DNA from: Verrucomicrobiaceae bacterium | GTDB lineage: Bacteria; Verrucomicrobiota; Verrucomicrobiia; Verrucomicrobiales; Verrucomicrobiaceae | DNA length: 41,204 bases | Reading direction: 5' to 3' | NCBI GenBank assembly: GCA_040381795.1 | Contig: JBEIGR010000001.1 | Coordinates: forward strand, 1-41,204 | The notes under the pieces: model-generated | The model's database searches: none | Seen by the model: only the letters and a program-made list of their open reading frames with translations | Told to the model about the DNA's origin: nothing | Translations under genes and position numbers: made by a program | Part shown: piece by piece, positions 1 through 7,741 of the stretch | Layout of the letters: every line of letters begins with the position of its first letter | Position numbering within the stretch: position 1 is the first letter of the stretch

Positions 1-102
1 AATAAGCAAGGCGGCGAACCCCAGTGGGATCAAAAGCACCTTAAGGAGGCCAGGCTGGGTTTGCTCGACCGGAATTGTATTCAATGCGCTAAGAGGAATC
101 AT
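1..102 (-). CDS. 5' end of a putative membrane protein running off the window (MIPLSALNTIPVEQTQPGLLKVLLIPLGFAALLI...)
   Basis: ATG at 102-100 opens a frame with no stop to position 1, ending in a hydrophobic stretch. Too short to identify. Confidence 0.3.
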   Translation of the reverse strand, partial: MIPLSALNTIPVEQTQPGLLKVLLIPLGFAALLI

Positions 103-273
103 CCCAAAATCTCCATACCCTCCTCGCTGCTGTCACGCGACATTCCTTCTGTAGTTTGAGGCGCGAAGGCGACATGCTTTGCGTAGGTGAAAAAGTTGGG
201 TCGAATGGCGCTGCATCCAATAAGCAGATCAAAGCACTGTAACCGAATGCACCTCCTGCCCCGAAAGCTGAAG

Positions 274-352
274 CTCACACAAAGTCACAAAGACACCAAG
301 CATTCATCGTGATACCCGTTCCTCCCTTTGTGTCTTCGTGCCTTCGTGTGAG
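274..352. repeat. Inverted pair of 9-mer tandem arrays (CACAAAGNN / NNCTTYGTG) forming a hairpin element
   Basis: Left arm ctcacacaaagtcacaaagacaccaag and right arm ctttgtgtcttcgtgccttcgtgtgag are imperfect reverse complements, each with about 9-nt periodicity. Lies just downstream of btaB. Confidence 0.7.
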
Positions 353-369
353 GCCTCAGAATGCCAGCC

Positions 370-996
370 TCATCGCGTGAGTGGCGCAGCAGTTTCCTGT
401 TTGCGACCGATGAACATGCCGTAATTCCACCAGCCTAGATAGGCGCGGTGGCGGGTATCGCTCAGAGGCGTGAAGGTGGAGCGCAGTTGGGGCCAGAGAT
501 GGCCCTGCATGCGGACGTGGTTTTTTTGCATCCACTGCTCAAACCAGAGCGAGTCCGTGTGAGAAAAATCGACCACGGCGATGATGCCGCCGGGATTCAG
601 ATCCTGGGCGGCGGTCTCGATGGCACGATCCCAACCGGGATTGAACATGCTCAGGGCATACGAGCACAGGATCAGATCAAAACCGCCCGCAGGGGCGTCG
701 TAGGATTGCTGGATGAGTTTGACGCCCTCCACCTTGCTCCGTGCGATGCGGAGCATGTCGGCGCTGAGGTCGAGGCCGGTGATCTCGGCTTCTGGAAACT
801 GCCTGCGGAGATGCAGAAGGTTTCTCCCGGTGCCGCAGCCGACCTCGAGAATGCGGCGCGGACTGATGAAGCTGGCGGCACGCTGGATGATGGCATCGCG
901 TCCGAAGAGAAAGCTCCAGCGGGTGGCATCGTAGATGCGGGCGTGGAGAGCGTAGTAGCCCTGAAGTGCTTCGTGGGGCGCAGTGGCGGCATTCAT
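370..996 (-). CDS. btaB: Class I SAM-dependent methyltransferase, BtaB-like (DGHS N-methyltransferase)
   Basis: ILEVGCGTG motif I and YxxHARIYDATRWSFLFGR N-terminus typical of BtaB. Overlaps the btaA stop (ATGA). Confidence 0.8.
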   Translation of the reverse strand: MNAATAPHEALQGYYALHARIYDATRWSFLFGRDAIIQRAASFISPRRILEVGCGTGRNLLHLRRQFPEAEITGLDLSADMLRIARSKVEGVKLIQQSYDAPAGGFDLILCSYALSMFNPGWDRAIETAAQDLNPGGIIAVVDFSHTDSLWFEQWMQKNHVRMQGHLWPQLRSTFTPLSDTRHRAYLGWWNYGMFIGRKQETAAPLTR

Positions 997-2171
997 GGCA
1001 GGATTTCGGCGAAGTGGGTGCTGCCGTAGGTACCCACGCGATCCAGCGGATGCAGCCGCGTGGTGATTTCAGGCTGGAAGCGCAGGCGGGCGCGGATGTC
1101 TTCTGGGATGAAATCGACCTCGAGGCCGGCGCTGCGCATGAGGATCTTCGCGCCGGGACGGCTATTGGCAAAGATGAGCTCCCATTCTTCACGAAGCGCC
1201 TGGGTGTCATGTGCGGCGAGCCAGTCTTGGTGGTCGAGCAGGATGAAGTGGGAGTATTCGCCGGGATGCTCGCGGAGGAAATTCGAGATCGTGGTGGTGT
1301 AGGGCTTCAGCCGATTCACGCGAGCGCGGAGAACGTCTTGGTTTTCACGGCGGAGGTAGTTCGGGCAGCAGGCCAGCGTGTAGCTGCCGGTGATGTACAC
1401 CCGCCAAAAGTAGTTATCCGCAGCGGGTAGCTCCGTGAAAACATGGCGCATCTTGTCCTTCACATAGCCGCTGAGGCCGCCGGGATAGCTGTCCTGGATG
1501 AGCTTGATCTGCGGGCGTGGCACGCCGAGCAGCGTCATGAGGGCGGGCTGGCGCACGAGCCAGTCGATGAAGCCTGTCCACACTTCACGCTCAATCATTT
1601 CCCAAGCCATGCGCTGCTCATCGAGCGTGGTGGCATCAAGCAGAGCGAGGGCATAGTTTCGGATGTTTGGCTTCAGGCGGAAGAGTGCCTGGCCCATCAC
1701 CCAGGCGGCGAGGCCGGAGGTGCCATGGTAGAAGAAGGATTTCTTCAGGCTGCCGGGATTGAAGAAGCTGATGCGCTTGTCCCAAAACTTGCGGGCGGAC
1801 TCGCTCAAGGTCTCGCGAACTTCCTGGTAGAGGGTTTTGTGGGAGGGGTGCGAACCGATGCCAAACATCTCAAACAGGTCCTCGAAGTTGCCTCGGTCAA
1901 TAAGGGCCATTTTGAGCTCCAAAAGGGCGTTTTGGCGGAAATTCATGTCGATGGCATGAATCTCGGCGGGATCATCAAGCAGGTAATCGAGCGCATTGCA
2001 GCCTGCGCTGGTGATCATGACCACTTTCGAGGTGGCATCGAGCCGGAGCATTTCGCGGTCGAGTCGCGGATCTTCCCAGGCGCAGTTGTAGATGAGATTG
2101 GAGCCATGGACGTGCTTGAAGACGATGTCGTGGGCGGCCTTGAGGACGGGGCGTGCGGCGTGTTTGACCAT
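993..2171 (-). CDS. btaA: BtaA/DUF3419 SAM:diacylglycerol 3-amino-3-carboxypropyl transferase
   Basis: LIYNCAWEDPRLD, ITSAGCNALDYLL, NYFWRVY, LLDHQDW and DRVGTYGS motifs of the BtaA family. Confidence 0.9.
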   Translation of the reverse strand: MVKHAARPVLKAAHDIVFKHVHGSNLIYNCAWEDPRLDREMLRLDATSKVVMITSAGCNALDYLLDDPAEIHAIDMNFRQNALLELKMALIDRGNFEDLFEMFGIGSHPSHKTLYQEVRETLSESARKFWDKRISFFNPGSLKKSFFYHGTSGLAAWVMGQALFRLKPNIRNYALALLDATTLDEQRMAWEMIEREVWTGFIDWLVRQPALMTLLGVPRPQIKLIQDSYPGGLSGYVKDKMRHVFTELPAADNYFWRVYITGSYTLACCPNYLRRENQDVLRARVNRLKPYTTTISNFLREHPGEYSHFILLDHQDWLAAHDTQALREEWELIFANSRPGAKILMRSAGLEVDFIPEDIRARLRFQPEITTRLHPLDRVGTYGSTHFAEILP

Positions 2172-2270
2172 GCTTCAAAAGAAACAAGGCTGCGCCCGAC
2201 GTGCGAGCACAGCCGCGTGCCGCTTTCGTCACGCACTGCCGCCGCCGCATTGACGCTGGGGCACAGCCAG

Positions 2271-2484
2271 CTAGAGCGTGTTAAAAAACCGAGGACTGCG
2301 ACAGGGCGAAGCAAAGTAGTCCTCTCGCTCCGCGAGAGGAACTGAGCGTGAGGCAGGCTGAACTGTTGACGAATTCCGGGACGTGTAGGTATCAACGAGA
2401 GCCTTTTGCTCATCTCGACGGAGCGAGATGGCCACTTTGCTGACGCCATTTTAAAGTCTAAGATGGTTTTCAACCACGGTCTAG
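2271..2484. mobile_element. Putative MITE-like non-autonomous element with CTAG ends and about 20-bp imperfect terminal inverted repeats
   Basis: Left end ctagagcgtgttaaaaaacc. Right end ggttttcaaccacggtctag, against the left-end reverse complement ggttttttaacacgctctag. No ORF inside. Confidence 0.5.
2313..2438. repeat. REP-like inverted doublet (GTRG plus hairpin)
   Basis: aaagtagtcctctcgctccgcgagagga (2313-2340) matches the reverse complement of 2410-2438 (aaagtggccatctcgctccgtcgagatga). Each unit has its own hairpin. Confidence 0.7.
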
Positions 2485-2501
2485 CATCTCCATCTTCAAC
2501 C

Positions 2502-2615
2502 ATGAAACTCGAAACTCGTTGCCTCCAAGGCGGTCAAGTCCCTGATCCCACCACTGGCTCTCGTGCCGTGCTGATCGACCGCATCAATCTCGATGCGGCA
2601 CTCGCGAAGGCTTGA
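2502..2615 (+). pseudogene. metY: Internally deleted O-acetylhomoserine sulfhydrylase (MetY / Cys-Met PLP family) remnant, 37 aa
   Basis: MKLETRCLQGGQVPDPTTGSRAV resembles the MetY N-terminus, which normally continues PIYxTxSY. It is joined almost directly to a MetY-like C-terminus, LDAALAKA-stop. Confidence 0.65.
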
Positions 2616-2619
2616 TCCA

Positions 2620-3591
2620 ATGAGTGAGACGCCCTCGATCTATGTGCATGACTACTTGCTGAAGAGCGGCACGGCTCTCAATGCCGTCTCGCAGCGGCGG
2701 GTGTTTGCGGGAGCGCTGCTCTGTGTGGATGGCGGCTACGGCTGCGTGCATCCTTGGCCGGAGTTTGGGGATGCGCCGGTGGAGGAGCAGCTTCGGCTGC
2801 TCGCCGAGGGCATCACCACGCCGGTGACGGAGATGGCGCTGCGCTGTGCGGAGATCGACGGCGCGGCGCGAAGGGCAGGGGTGAGCTTGTTCGAGGGTCT
2901 GAGCATTCCGCGCAGCCATTATTCGTGGAGCTTTGCCGCCGAGACGGAGCCCCAGATGCAGCGTGTGATGGAGGAAGGCTGGGGAGCCATCAAGGCGAAG
3001 GGTTTTGCGAATTACGGCGAGACGATCCGCTTTCTGGAAGGCTGCGCCAAGCGCTTTGAAGCGCAGGGCGTGCGGCTTCGCGTGGATTTCAACGGGGTGC
3101 TGGATCGGATGACGTTTGAGAAATTCGTCGAGTTCATGCCGCTGCGCATTTACCGGGCGCTCGATTTTGTAGAGGACCCGTTTCCGTATGACGCGGAGGC
3201 GTGGGAGGCCATTCGGCGGCGCTGGGGCGTGGCACTGGCGCTGGATAAAGGATGGAAGTCCGGCACCTATGGCTTTGACGCCGTCGTGGTGAAGCCCGCG
3301 CGGCGTGACTGGCGAGTGGTGGCGGAAAAACATCCTGAAAAGCGCCTTGTGATGACCTCCGCCATGGATCATGCCCTCGGCCAGATGTTCGCCGCCTATG
3401 AAGCGGCCAGCGCCGCCGCGGCTGGATACCAGCTCGACTACTGCGGGCTCTGCACCGAGCATCTTTTCGCGAAGGACGCCTTCTTTGAGCGGGTTAGTTC
3501 ACACGGCGGCTTCCTCGAAGCCGATCTCAGCGGCGGCGGCCTCGGCTTCGGCGAGGTGCTGGATGGTCTCCCGTGGCGCAGGCTGGTGTGA
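2620..3591 (+). CDS. menC: o-succinylbenzoate synthase (enolase superfamily)
   Basis: HPWPEFGD N-terminal motif, KxK (IKAKG), metal ligands in VDFN, VEDP and ALDK, and a VKP lysine. Start chosen at MSETP. Confidence 0.75.
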   Translation: MSETPSIYVHDYLLKSGTALNAVSQRRVFAGALLCVDGGYGCVHPWPEFGDAPVEEQLRLLAEGITTPVTEMALRCAEIDGAARRAGVSLFEGLSIPRSHYSWSFAAETEPQMQRVMEEGWGAIKAKGFANYGETIRFLEGCAKRFEAQGVRLRVDFNGVLDRMTFEKFVEFMPLRIYRALDFVEDPFPYDAEAWEAIRRRWGVALALDKGWKSGTYGFDAVVVKPARRDWRVVAEKHPEKRLVMTSAMDHALGQMFAAYEAASAAAAGYQLDYCGLCTEHLFAKDAFFERVSSHGGFLEADLSGGGLGFGEVLDGLPWRRLV

Positions 3592-3606
3592 GGCGCTTGA
3601 GGCGGG

Positions 3607-3708
3607 ATGGTGGAACTGAGAATGGAGGAACTGAAAATGGCAAATGGCGGTAGCTCATCAGCGCCATTCCTCCATTCTGACCTATTCCTCCCTTTTCAGT
3701 TCCACCAT
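3607..3708. repeat. Inverted pair of about 15-mer tandem arrays (ATGGWGGAACTGARA)
   Basis: atggtggaactgaga-atggaggaactgaaa-atgg on the left and ...ccttttcagttccaccat on the right, forming a long imperfect hairpin just after the menC stop. Confidence 0.7.
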
Positions 3709-3742
3709 GCTCGTCGGCTGCTGAATCGGCGAGCGCCACGAT

Positions 3743-3799
3743 CAAGGAAAGGCCCTTGCCAAGTGCCTCAGGGCGGGACTTAGCAAGTCCCGCTCCTTG
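3743..3799. repeat. REP-like doublet, one intact and one degenerate unit
   Basis: gcgggact-tagca-agtcccgc-tccttg hairpin. Its reverse complement caaggagcgggacttgctaagtcc aligns loosely with caaggaaaggcccttgccaagtgcc at 3743. Confidence 0.5.
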
Positions 3800-3955
3800 C
3801 GCCCAACGGTCATCCGCCTCCCCGTTCGCTGACATGAAAACACCCGCTGCTTCGACGACCCGCTGCACCCAAGTCCTGATCTTGGGAGACTTTTTCGCTT
3901 CCATCGGCGCATTCATTGAAAATCCTTCCTTTTCACTTACCTCAACCCCGTTAAT

Positions 3956-4001
3956 CCACAGAAAACTGTGGGCGAATCTGATTCGCCCACAATTTATGGT
4001 G
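3956..4001. repeat. Long palindromic hairpin (REP or terminator-like)
   Basis: Perfect core tgtgggcgaat-ctg-attcgcccaca, imperfectly extended by ccacagaaaac / atttatggtgg. Confidence 0.7.
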
Positions 4002-4084
4002 GTGCGCACGGCAGGACGCAATCACTTGGTGGTTCAAGTCCACCACGCACCCGGCAAGGCGAAGCGGTAGTCGAACGCCCAGGG
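4002..4084 (+). mobile_element. Truncated 5' end (start of domain I) of a group II intron, probably class IIC
   Basis: Begins with the GTGCG 5' consensus, then a GGTGG-TTCAAGT-CCACC stem and ACCCGGCAAGGCGAAGCGGTAGTCGAACG..AGGG, resembling IIC domain I as recalled. It sits at the base of a hairpin. No RT ORF or domain V/VI is seen. Confidence 0.6.
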
Positions 4085-4107
4085 CTTCTGCCGTAACTAG
4101 AGTGAGG

Positions 4108-4228
4108 AATGACGAATCAAATCCCAATGCCCATGTACTCAACCTATCTTCGCAGACCCTTTCGGCTATCCGTTCGTCATTCGAGCTTCGTCATTGATTC
4201 ATCATTCGCCATTCTGATTTCGTCATTT
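4108..4228. repeat. Inverted 7-mer tandem array element (AATGACG / CGTCATT family)
   Basis: aatgacgaatcaaatcccaatg on the left and ttcgtcattcgagcttcgtcattgattcatcattcgccattctgatttcgtcattt on the right, with about 7-nt periodicity. Confidence 0.7.
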
Positions 4229-4260
4229 GCCCGCTCCGCCACCTCCAACGCTTTCCCTTC

Positions 4261-5127
4261 ATGACCCGCCTCCAAATCACCAAAACCCCCAAATGCTACG
4301 TCGGCGGTGCTTTCATTCGCAGTGAGAGCGGACGCGTGGCGGAGCTGCTGGATGCCACGGGGGCGCTTTTTGCGAACATCCCGCAGTGCACGCGGAAGGA
4401 CCTGCGCAATGCCGTCGAGGCGGCGGCGAAGGCGGGGCCGGGGTGGGCGAAGAGGTCGGCGTTCAATCGCGGGCAGATCCTGTATCGGCTGGCGGAGATG
4501 ATGGAGGCGCGCGGTGTCGAATTGGCGGAAAGCATCACTTTGAGAGGTGTTTCGAAGGCGGAGGCCTCACGCGAGGTGGCGGCGGCGATCGAGCGTGTGG
4601 TGCATTATGCGGGCTGGACGGACAAATACGAGCAGGTGCTCGGCAGCGTGAATCCGGTGGCCTCGGCGCACTTCAATTTCACCGTCACGGAGCCGATGGG
4701 CATCATCGGCATCCTCGCGCCGAATGACGCGCCCGTTTTGGGCCTGCTGTCGCTGATTTTACCCGCGATCACGAGCGGGAACAGCGTCGTGGCGCTGGCG
4801 AGCACCACGCAGCCCTACCCGAGCATCCTTTTGGGCGAAATGCTCGCCACCAGCGACCTGCCCGGCGGCGTGGTGAACCTACTCACCGGCGTGCGCAGCG
4901 AGCTGATCCCCACCTTTGCCACGCACGAGCATCTCCGCGCTCTCAGCGGCGTGGCGAACGAGGACGAGCGCAAGGCCCTGCGCCTCGGCGCTGCCGAAAG
5001 CGTGAAGCGCGTGCACCTGCGCAAGGCGGAGGAACCCCTCGACTGGTTCGCGGACAAGATGCAGGGCTCAGAGGAGATCCGTGCGCTGGTCGAGTTCAAG
5101 ACGACGTGGCATCCAGTGGGGGCTTGA
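4261..5127 (+). CDS. Aldehyde dehydrogenase family protein, short form lacking the catalytic domain
   Basis: RLQITKTPKCYVGGAFIRSESGR, RGQILYRLAEMME, EPMGIIGI, LPGGVVNLLTG and KTTWHPVG motifs. Only 288 aa, with no GQxC catalytic motif. Confidence 0.85.
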   Translation: MTRLQITKTPKCYVGGAFIRSESGRVAELLDATGALFANIPQCTRKDLRNAVEAAAKAGPGWAKRSAFNRGQILYRLAEMMEARGVELAESITLRGVSKAEASREVAAAIERVVHYAGWTDKYEQVLGSVNPVASAHFNFTVTEPMGIIGILAPNDAPVLGLLSLILPAITSGNSVVALASTTQPYPSILLGEMLATSDLPGGVVNLLTGVRSELIPTFATHEHLRALSGVANEDERKALRLGAAESVKRVHLRKAEEPLDWFADKMQGSEEIRALVEFKTTWHPVGA

Positions 5128-5158
5128 TAATCTAGATGGCCTGCCATACCATCACATC

Positions 5159-5344
5159 ATGAAGACCAAGACTGTTTCCAAGACTCGGAGCGCTGTGAAA
5201 CGTGCTCCCGCGGCCTCAAGTGCTAAAAAAACGAAGAAATGGGACATTTCCTGGCTGGTGGATCGTGAGCTGCCTCCAGCGGACCAACTGCCTGAAAATC
5301 CTGTGCTGGTAATGCGCCGTGGAGGTTATGGAGTGGTACGCTGA
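5159..5344 (+). CDS. Putative antitoxin (VapB-like), 61 aa
   Basis: Small ORF overlapping the start of a PIN-domain gene, with a basic N-terminus and a VLVMRR end reminiscent of VapB tails. Confidence 0.55.
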   Translation: MKTKTVSKTRSAVKRAPAASSAKKTKKWDISWLVDRELPPADQLPENPVLVMRRGGYGVVR

Positions 5345-5765
5345 TGCCAGTTTCCTGACCTCTGCTTTTGGTCGTGACTCCAACACGACTTATGCCGTGC
5401 GTTGGCTGAGCAAGAATCAAAGCTTACCAGTTCTCATCTCCAGACTGCCCTTGCTGGAAGTGGAAACTGCTTTGGCAGCCGCTTTTCAAGGAGGGGAGTT
5501 ACTGAAGGAGGAGAAGAACATCGCCATGACGCGGCTGAAGCAGGCTCTGACAGAGGGGCTGCTGCGACGAAAAGAGATTTCGCCCCATCAGTGGTTTCCG
5601 CAGGCGCATCGCATCAGCCAGCATGCTTCCACAAAATGCGTCTGTCGTGCGTTGGATGTGCTGCATGTCGCAGCGGCGGACCTCATGAAAGCGGATGGTA
5701 TTTTGAGCTTTGACAAAAACCAGCGGCAATTAGCTCACGGCGAAGGTCTCACTGTGGCTCCATGA
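5328..5765 (+). CDS. vapC: PIN-domain toxin, VapC family
   Basis: YADASFL, LLEVE, RALDVLHVAAA and SFDKNQRQLA PIN motifs. GGAGG at 5321-5325 lies just before the ATG. Confidence 0.88.
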   Translation: MEWYADASFLTSAFGRDSNTTYAVRWLSKNQSLPVLISRLPLLEVETALAAAFQGGELLKEEKNIAMTRLKQALTEGLLRRKEISPHQWFPQAHRISQHASTKCVCRALDVLHVAAADLMKADGILSFDKNQRQLAHGEGLTVAP

Positions 5766-6601
5766 GTGACCTCGAAACCAGCCTCGGTCTTCGTCATGGC
5801 CCGGTGCCGGGATGGAAGCGCCTGCGCTTCACGATCTCGTATTGCGGCACGCCGTGGAAGGGCTGGCAGAGTCAGGAGAGCGGCGGGGGCATTCAGGATG
5901 AAATGAACAAGGCCATCCTCAGGGCGGTACGCATCGAGACCGGCGTGCAGGGCAGCGGGCGCACGGATGCAGGCGTGCATGCGCTGGCGCAGGTGGCACA
6001 TGGCGATGTACCGGAAAGCATCGGGATGAGCGGCGAGGCCTGGGGGAATGCGCTGAACGCCTGCCTGCCGCTCAGCATTCGTGTGACGAAGGCGGAGGAA
6101 GTGCCGCCGCAGTTCCACGCTCGCTTTGATGCCATCGGAAAGGTCTATCGCTACCGCCTCTGGCGACCGCGCATGCTTTCGCCCTTCGAGGCGGATCGGG
6201 CGTGGCATCTTTATGGACCGCTGGATGTCGAGGCGCTGCGCTGGTGCTGCGAGAAGCTCGTCGGCAGGCACAATTTCATCCGGCTGAGCACCAATCGAGG
6301 CGACATGCCGGAGGCGGAGCGCCGCCTGCTGCCGGAGAAAACGACGCGCACCATTCACCGCGCCGAATTGCGTGAAGACGGCGAGGTCCTGGAGCTCGAA
6401 TTCGAGGGCAACGGCTTCCTTTACAAAATGGTCCGCCTCATTGTCGGCAGCATGATCCATGTGGCGCGAGGCCGCGAGTCACGTGAGTGGTTTGCGAGCC
6501 TGCTTGATGATCCCACGGGCAAGCAGAGCAATCAAACTGCGCCTGCCTGCGGCCTGTATCTCGTGCGGGTGCTGTATCCTGAGGCGGCTACTTCCGAATG
6601 A
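5762..6601 (+). CDS. truA: tRNA pseudouridine(38-40) synthase
   Basis: GWQSQ, GSGRTDAGVHA, FHARFDA, GNGFLYKMVR and TAPACGLYL motifs. Confidence 0.96.
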   Translation: MSDLETSLGLRHGPVPGWKRLRFTISYCGTPWKGWQSQESGGGIQDEMNKAILRAVRIETGVQGSGRTDAGVHALAQVAHGDVPESIGMSGEAWGNALNACLPLSIRVTKAEEVPPQFHARFDAIGKVYRYRLWRPRMLSPFEADRAWHLYGPLDVEALRWCCEKLVGRHNFIRLSTNRGDMPEAERRLLPEKTTRTIHRAELREDGEVLELEFEGNGFLYKMVRLIVGSMIHVARGRESREWFASLLDDPTGKQSNQTAPACGLYLVRVLYPEAATSE

Positions 6602-7667
6602 TCACCACATCATGCATCGCCACCATGGCGCGGACTTCTTCGTCGCAAGGCGGGCGAACGATGAAGGGATTGAACTCGGTCAGCTTCATGAGCGGACCGC
6701 TTTGCACCTGGAGCTGATACTGGACGGTGGAGCCGAGGTAGGTGGTGTCCACGATCTGGCCGGGGAAGCGGTTCGGGCTGTCCATGACGTGGTGAAAGGT
6801 CAGCGCCTCCGGGCGTATGCTCAGCCACACGGGCAGGCCGTTGGCGGGTGACCAGCCGTGCTCGTTTGGACGGCCACGCAGCATGCCAAAGGCGGTCTCC
6901 ACATCAAAGAAGCCGGGACGGCTGCTCTCACGAAACACACGGCCTTCGATGAGGTTCGTCTCTCCAATGAACTCCGACACCATTTTCGTGGCGGGATGCT
7001 TATAAACATCCTGCGGCGATCCCACCTGCACGAGTTTACCGCTTTCCATGATCGCCATGCGGTCCGCCATCGAGAGCGCTTCATCGCGATCATGCGTGAC
7101 GTAGATGGCGGTGAGACCGTTCTCTTTGCAGATGCGCCGGATTTCGGATCGCATCTCGTGGCGCAGCATGGCATCGAGATTCGAGAGCGGCTCATCCAGA
7201 AGCAGGCACTTCGGCCGGATCACCAGCGCACGAGCCAGCGCCACACGCTGCTGCTGGCCGCCGGAGAGCTGCTGGATCTTCCGCGAGCCAAGTCCGCCGA
7301 GCTGCACCTGATCCAGCGCCTCGGCCACTCGATGTTCGATTTCCTTCGCGGGCCTTTTCCGCTCCTCCAAACCGAAGGCCACATTCTGCGCCACATTGAG
7401 GTGAGGCCAAAGCGCATAGCTTTGAAACATCATGCCGGTGCCGCGGAGATGCGCTGGCACGCGGGTGACGTCCTCTTCGTCGAAGAAAATCTTCCCGTGA
7501 TCCGGCTCGTAAAAGCCGGCGATATGCCGCAGCAGCGTCGTTTTGCCGCAACCACTCGGCCCCAGCAGGAAGAACAGCTCGCCGGACTCGATTTGCAGGT
7601 TCACGCCGCTCAGCACGGTGCTTCCGCCGAAGCGTTTGGAGAGTTCCTGAATCGTGATGGTGACCAT
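6588..7667 (-). CDS. ABC transporter ATP-binding protein (Fe3+/polyamine, FbpC/PotA-like) with TOBE tail
   Basis: GPSGCGKTT Walker A, LSGGQQQRVALARAL signature, LLLDEPLSNLD Walker B and YVTHD H-loop. Confidence 0.92.
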   Translation of the reverse strand: MVTITIQELSKRFGGSTVLSGVNLQIESGELFFLLGPSGCGKTTLLRHIAGFYEPDHGKIFFDEEDVTRVPAHLRGTGMMFQSYALWPHLNVAQNVAFGLEERKRPAKEIEHRVAEALDQVQLGGLGSRKIQQLSGGQQQRVALARALVIRPKCLLLDEPLSNLDAMLRHEMRSEIRRICKENGLTAIYVTHDRDEALSMADRMAIMESGKLVQVGSPQDVYKHPATKMVSEFIGETNLIEGRVFRESSRPGFFDVETAFGMLRGRPNEHGWSPANGLPVWLSIRPEALTFHHVMDSPNRFPGQIVDTTYLGSTVQYQLQVQSGPLMKLTEFNPFIVRPPCDEEVRAMVAMHDVVIIRK

Positions 7668-7741
7668 GCGGCGGCTGTTGGCGTGAGTTGCACGCCCGTT
7701 CTAGGGCACGAGCCGCCGGATGGCAAGAGATGACGTTTCCC

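Noticed and set aside
2340-2500. Possible SAM riboswitch upstream of the metY remnant
   Set aside because: No convincing SAM-I core was found. The hairpins are better explained as a REP doublet and TIRs. An Rfam scan would settle it.
3527-4142. ORFs 3527-4021(-), 3756-4070(+) and 3951-4142(-)
   Set aside because: They run through repeat elements and the intron fragment, with no recognisable motifs.
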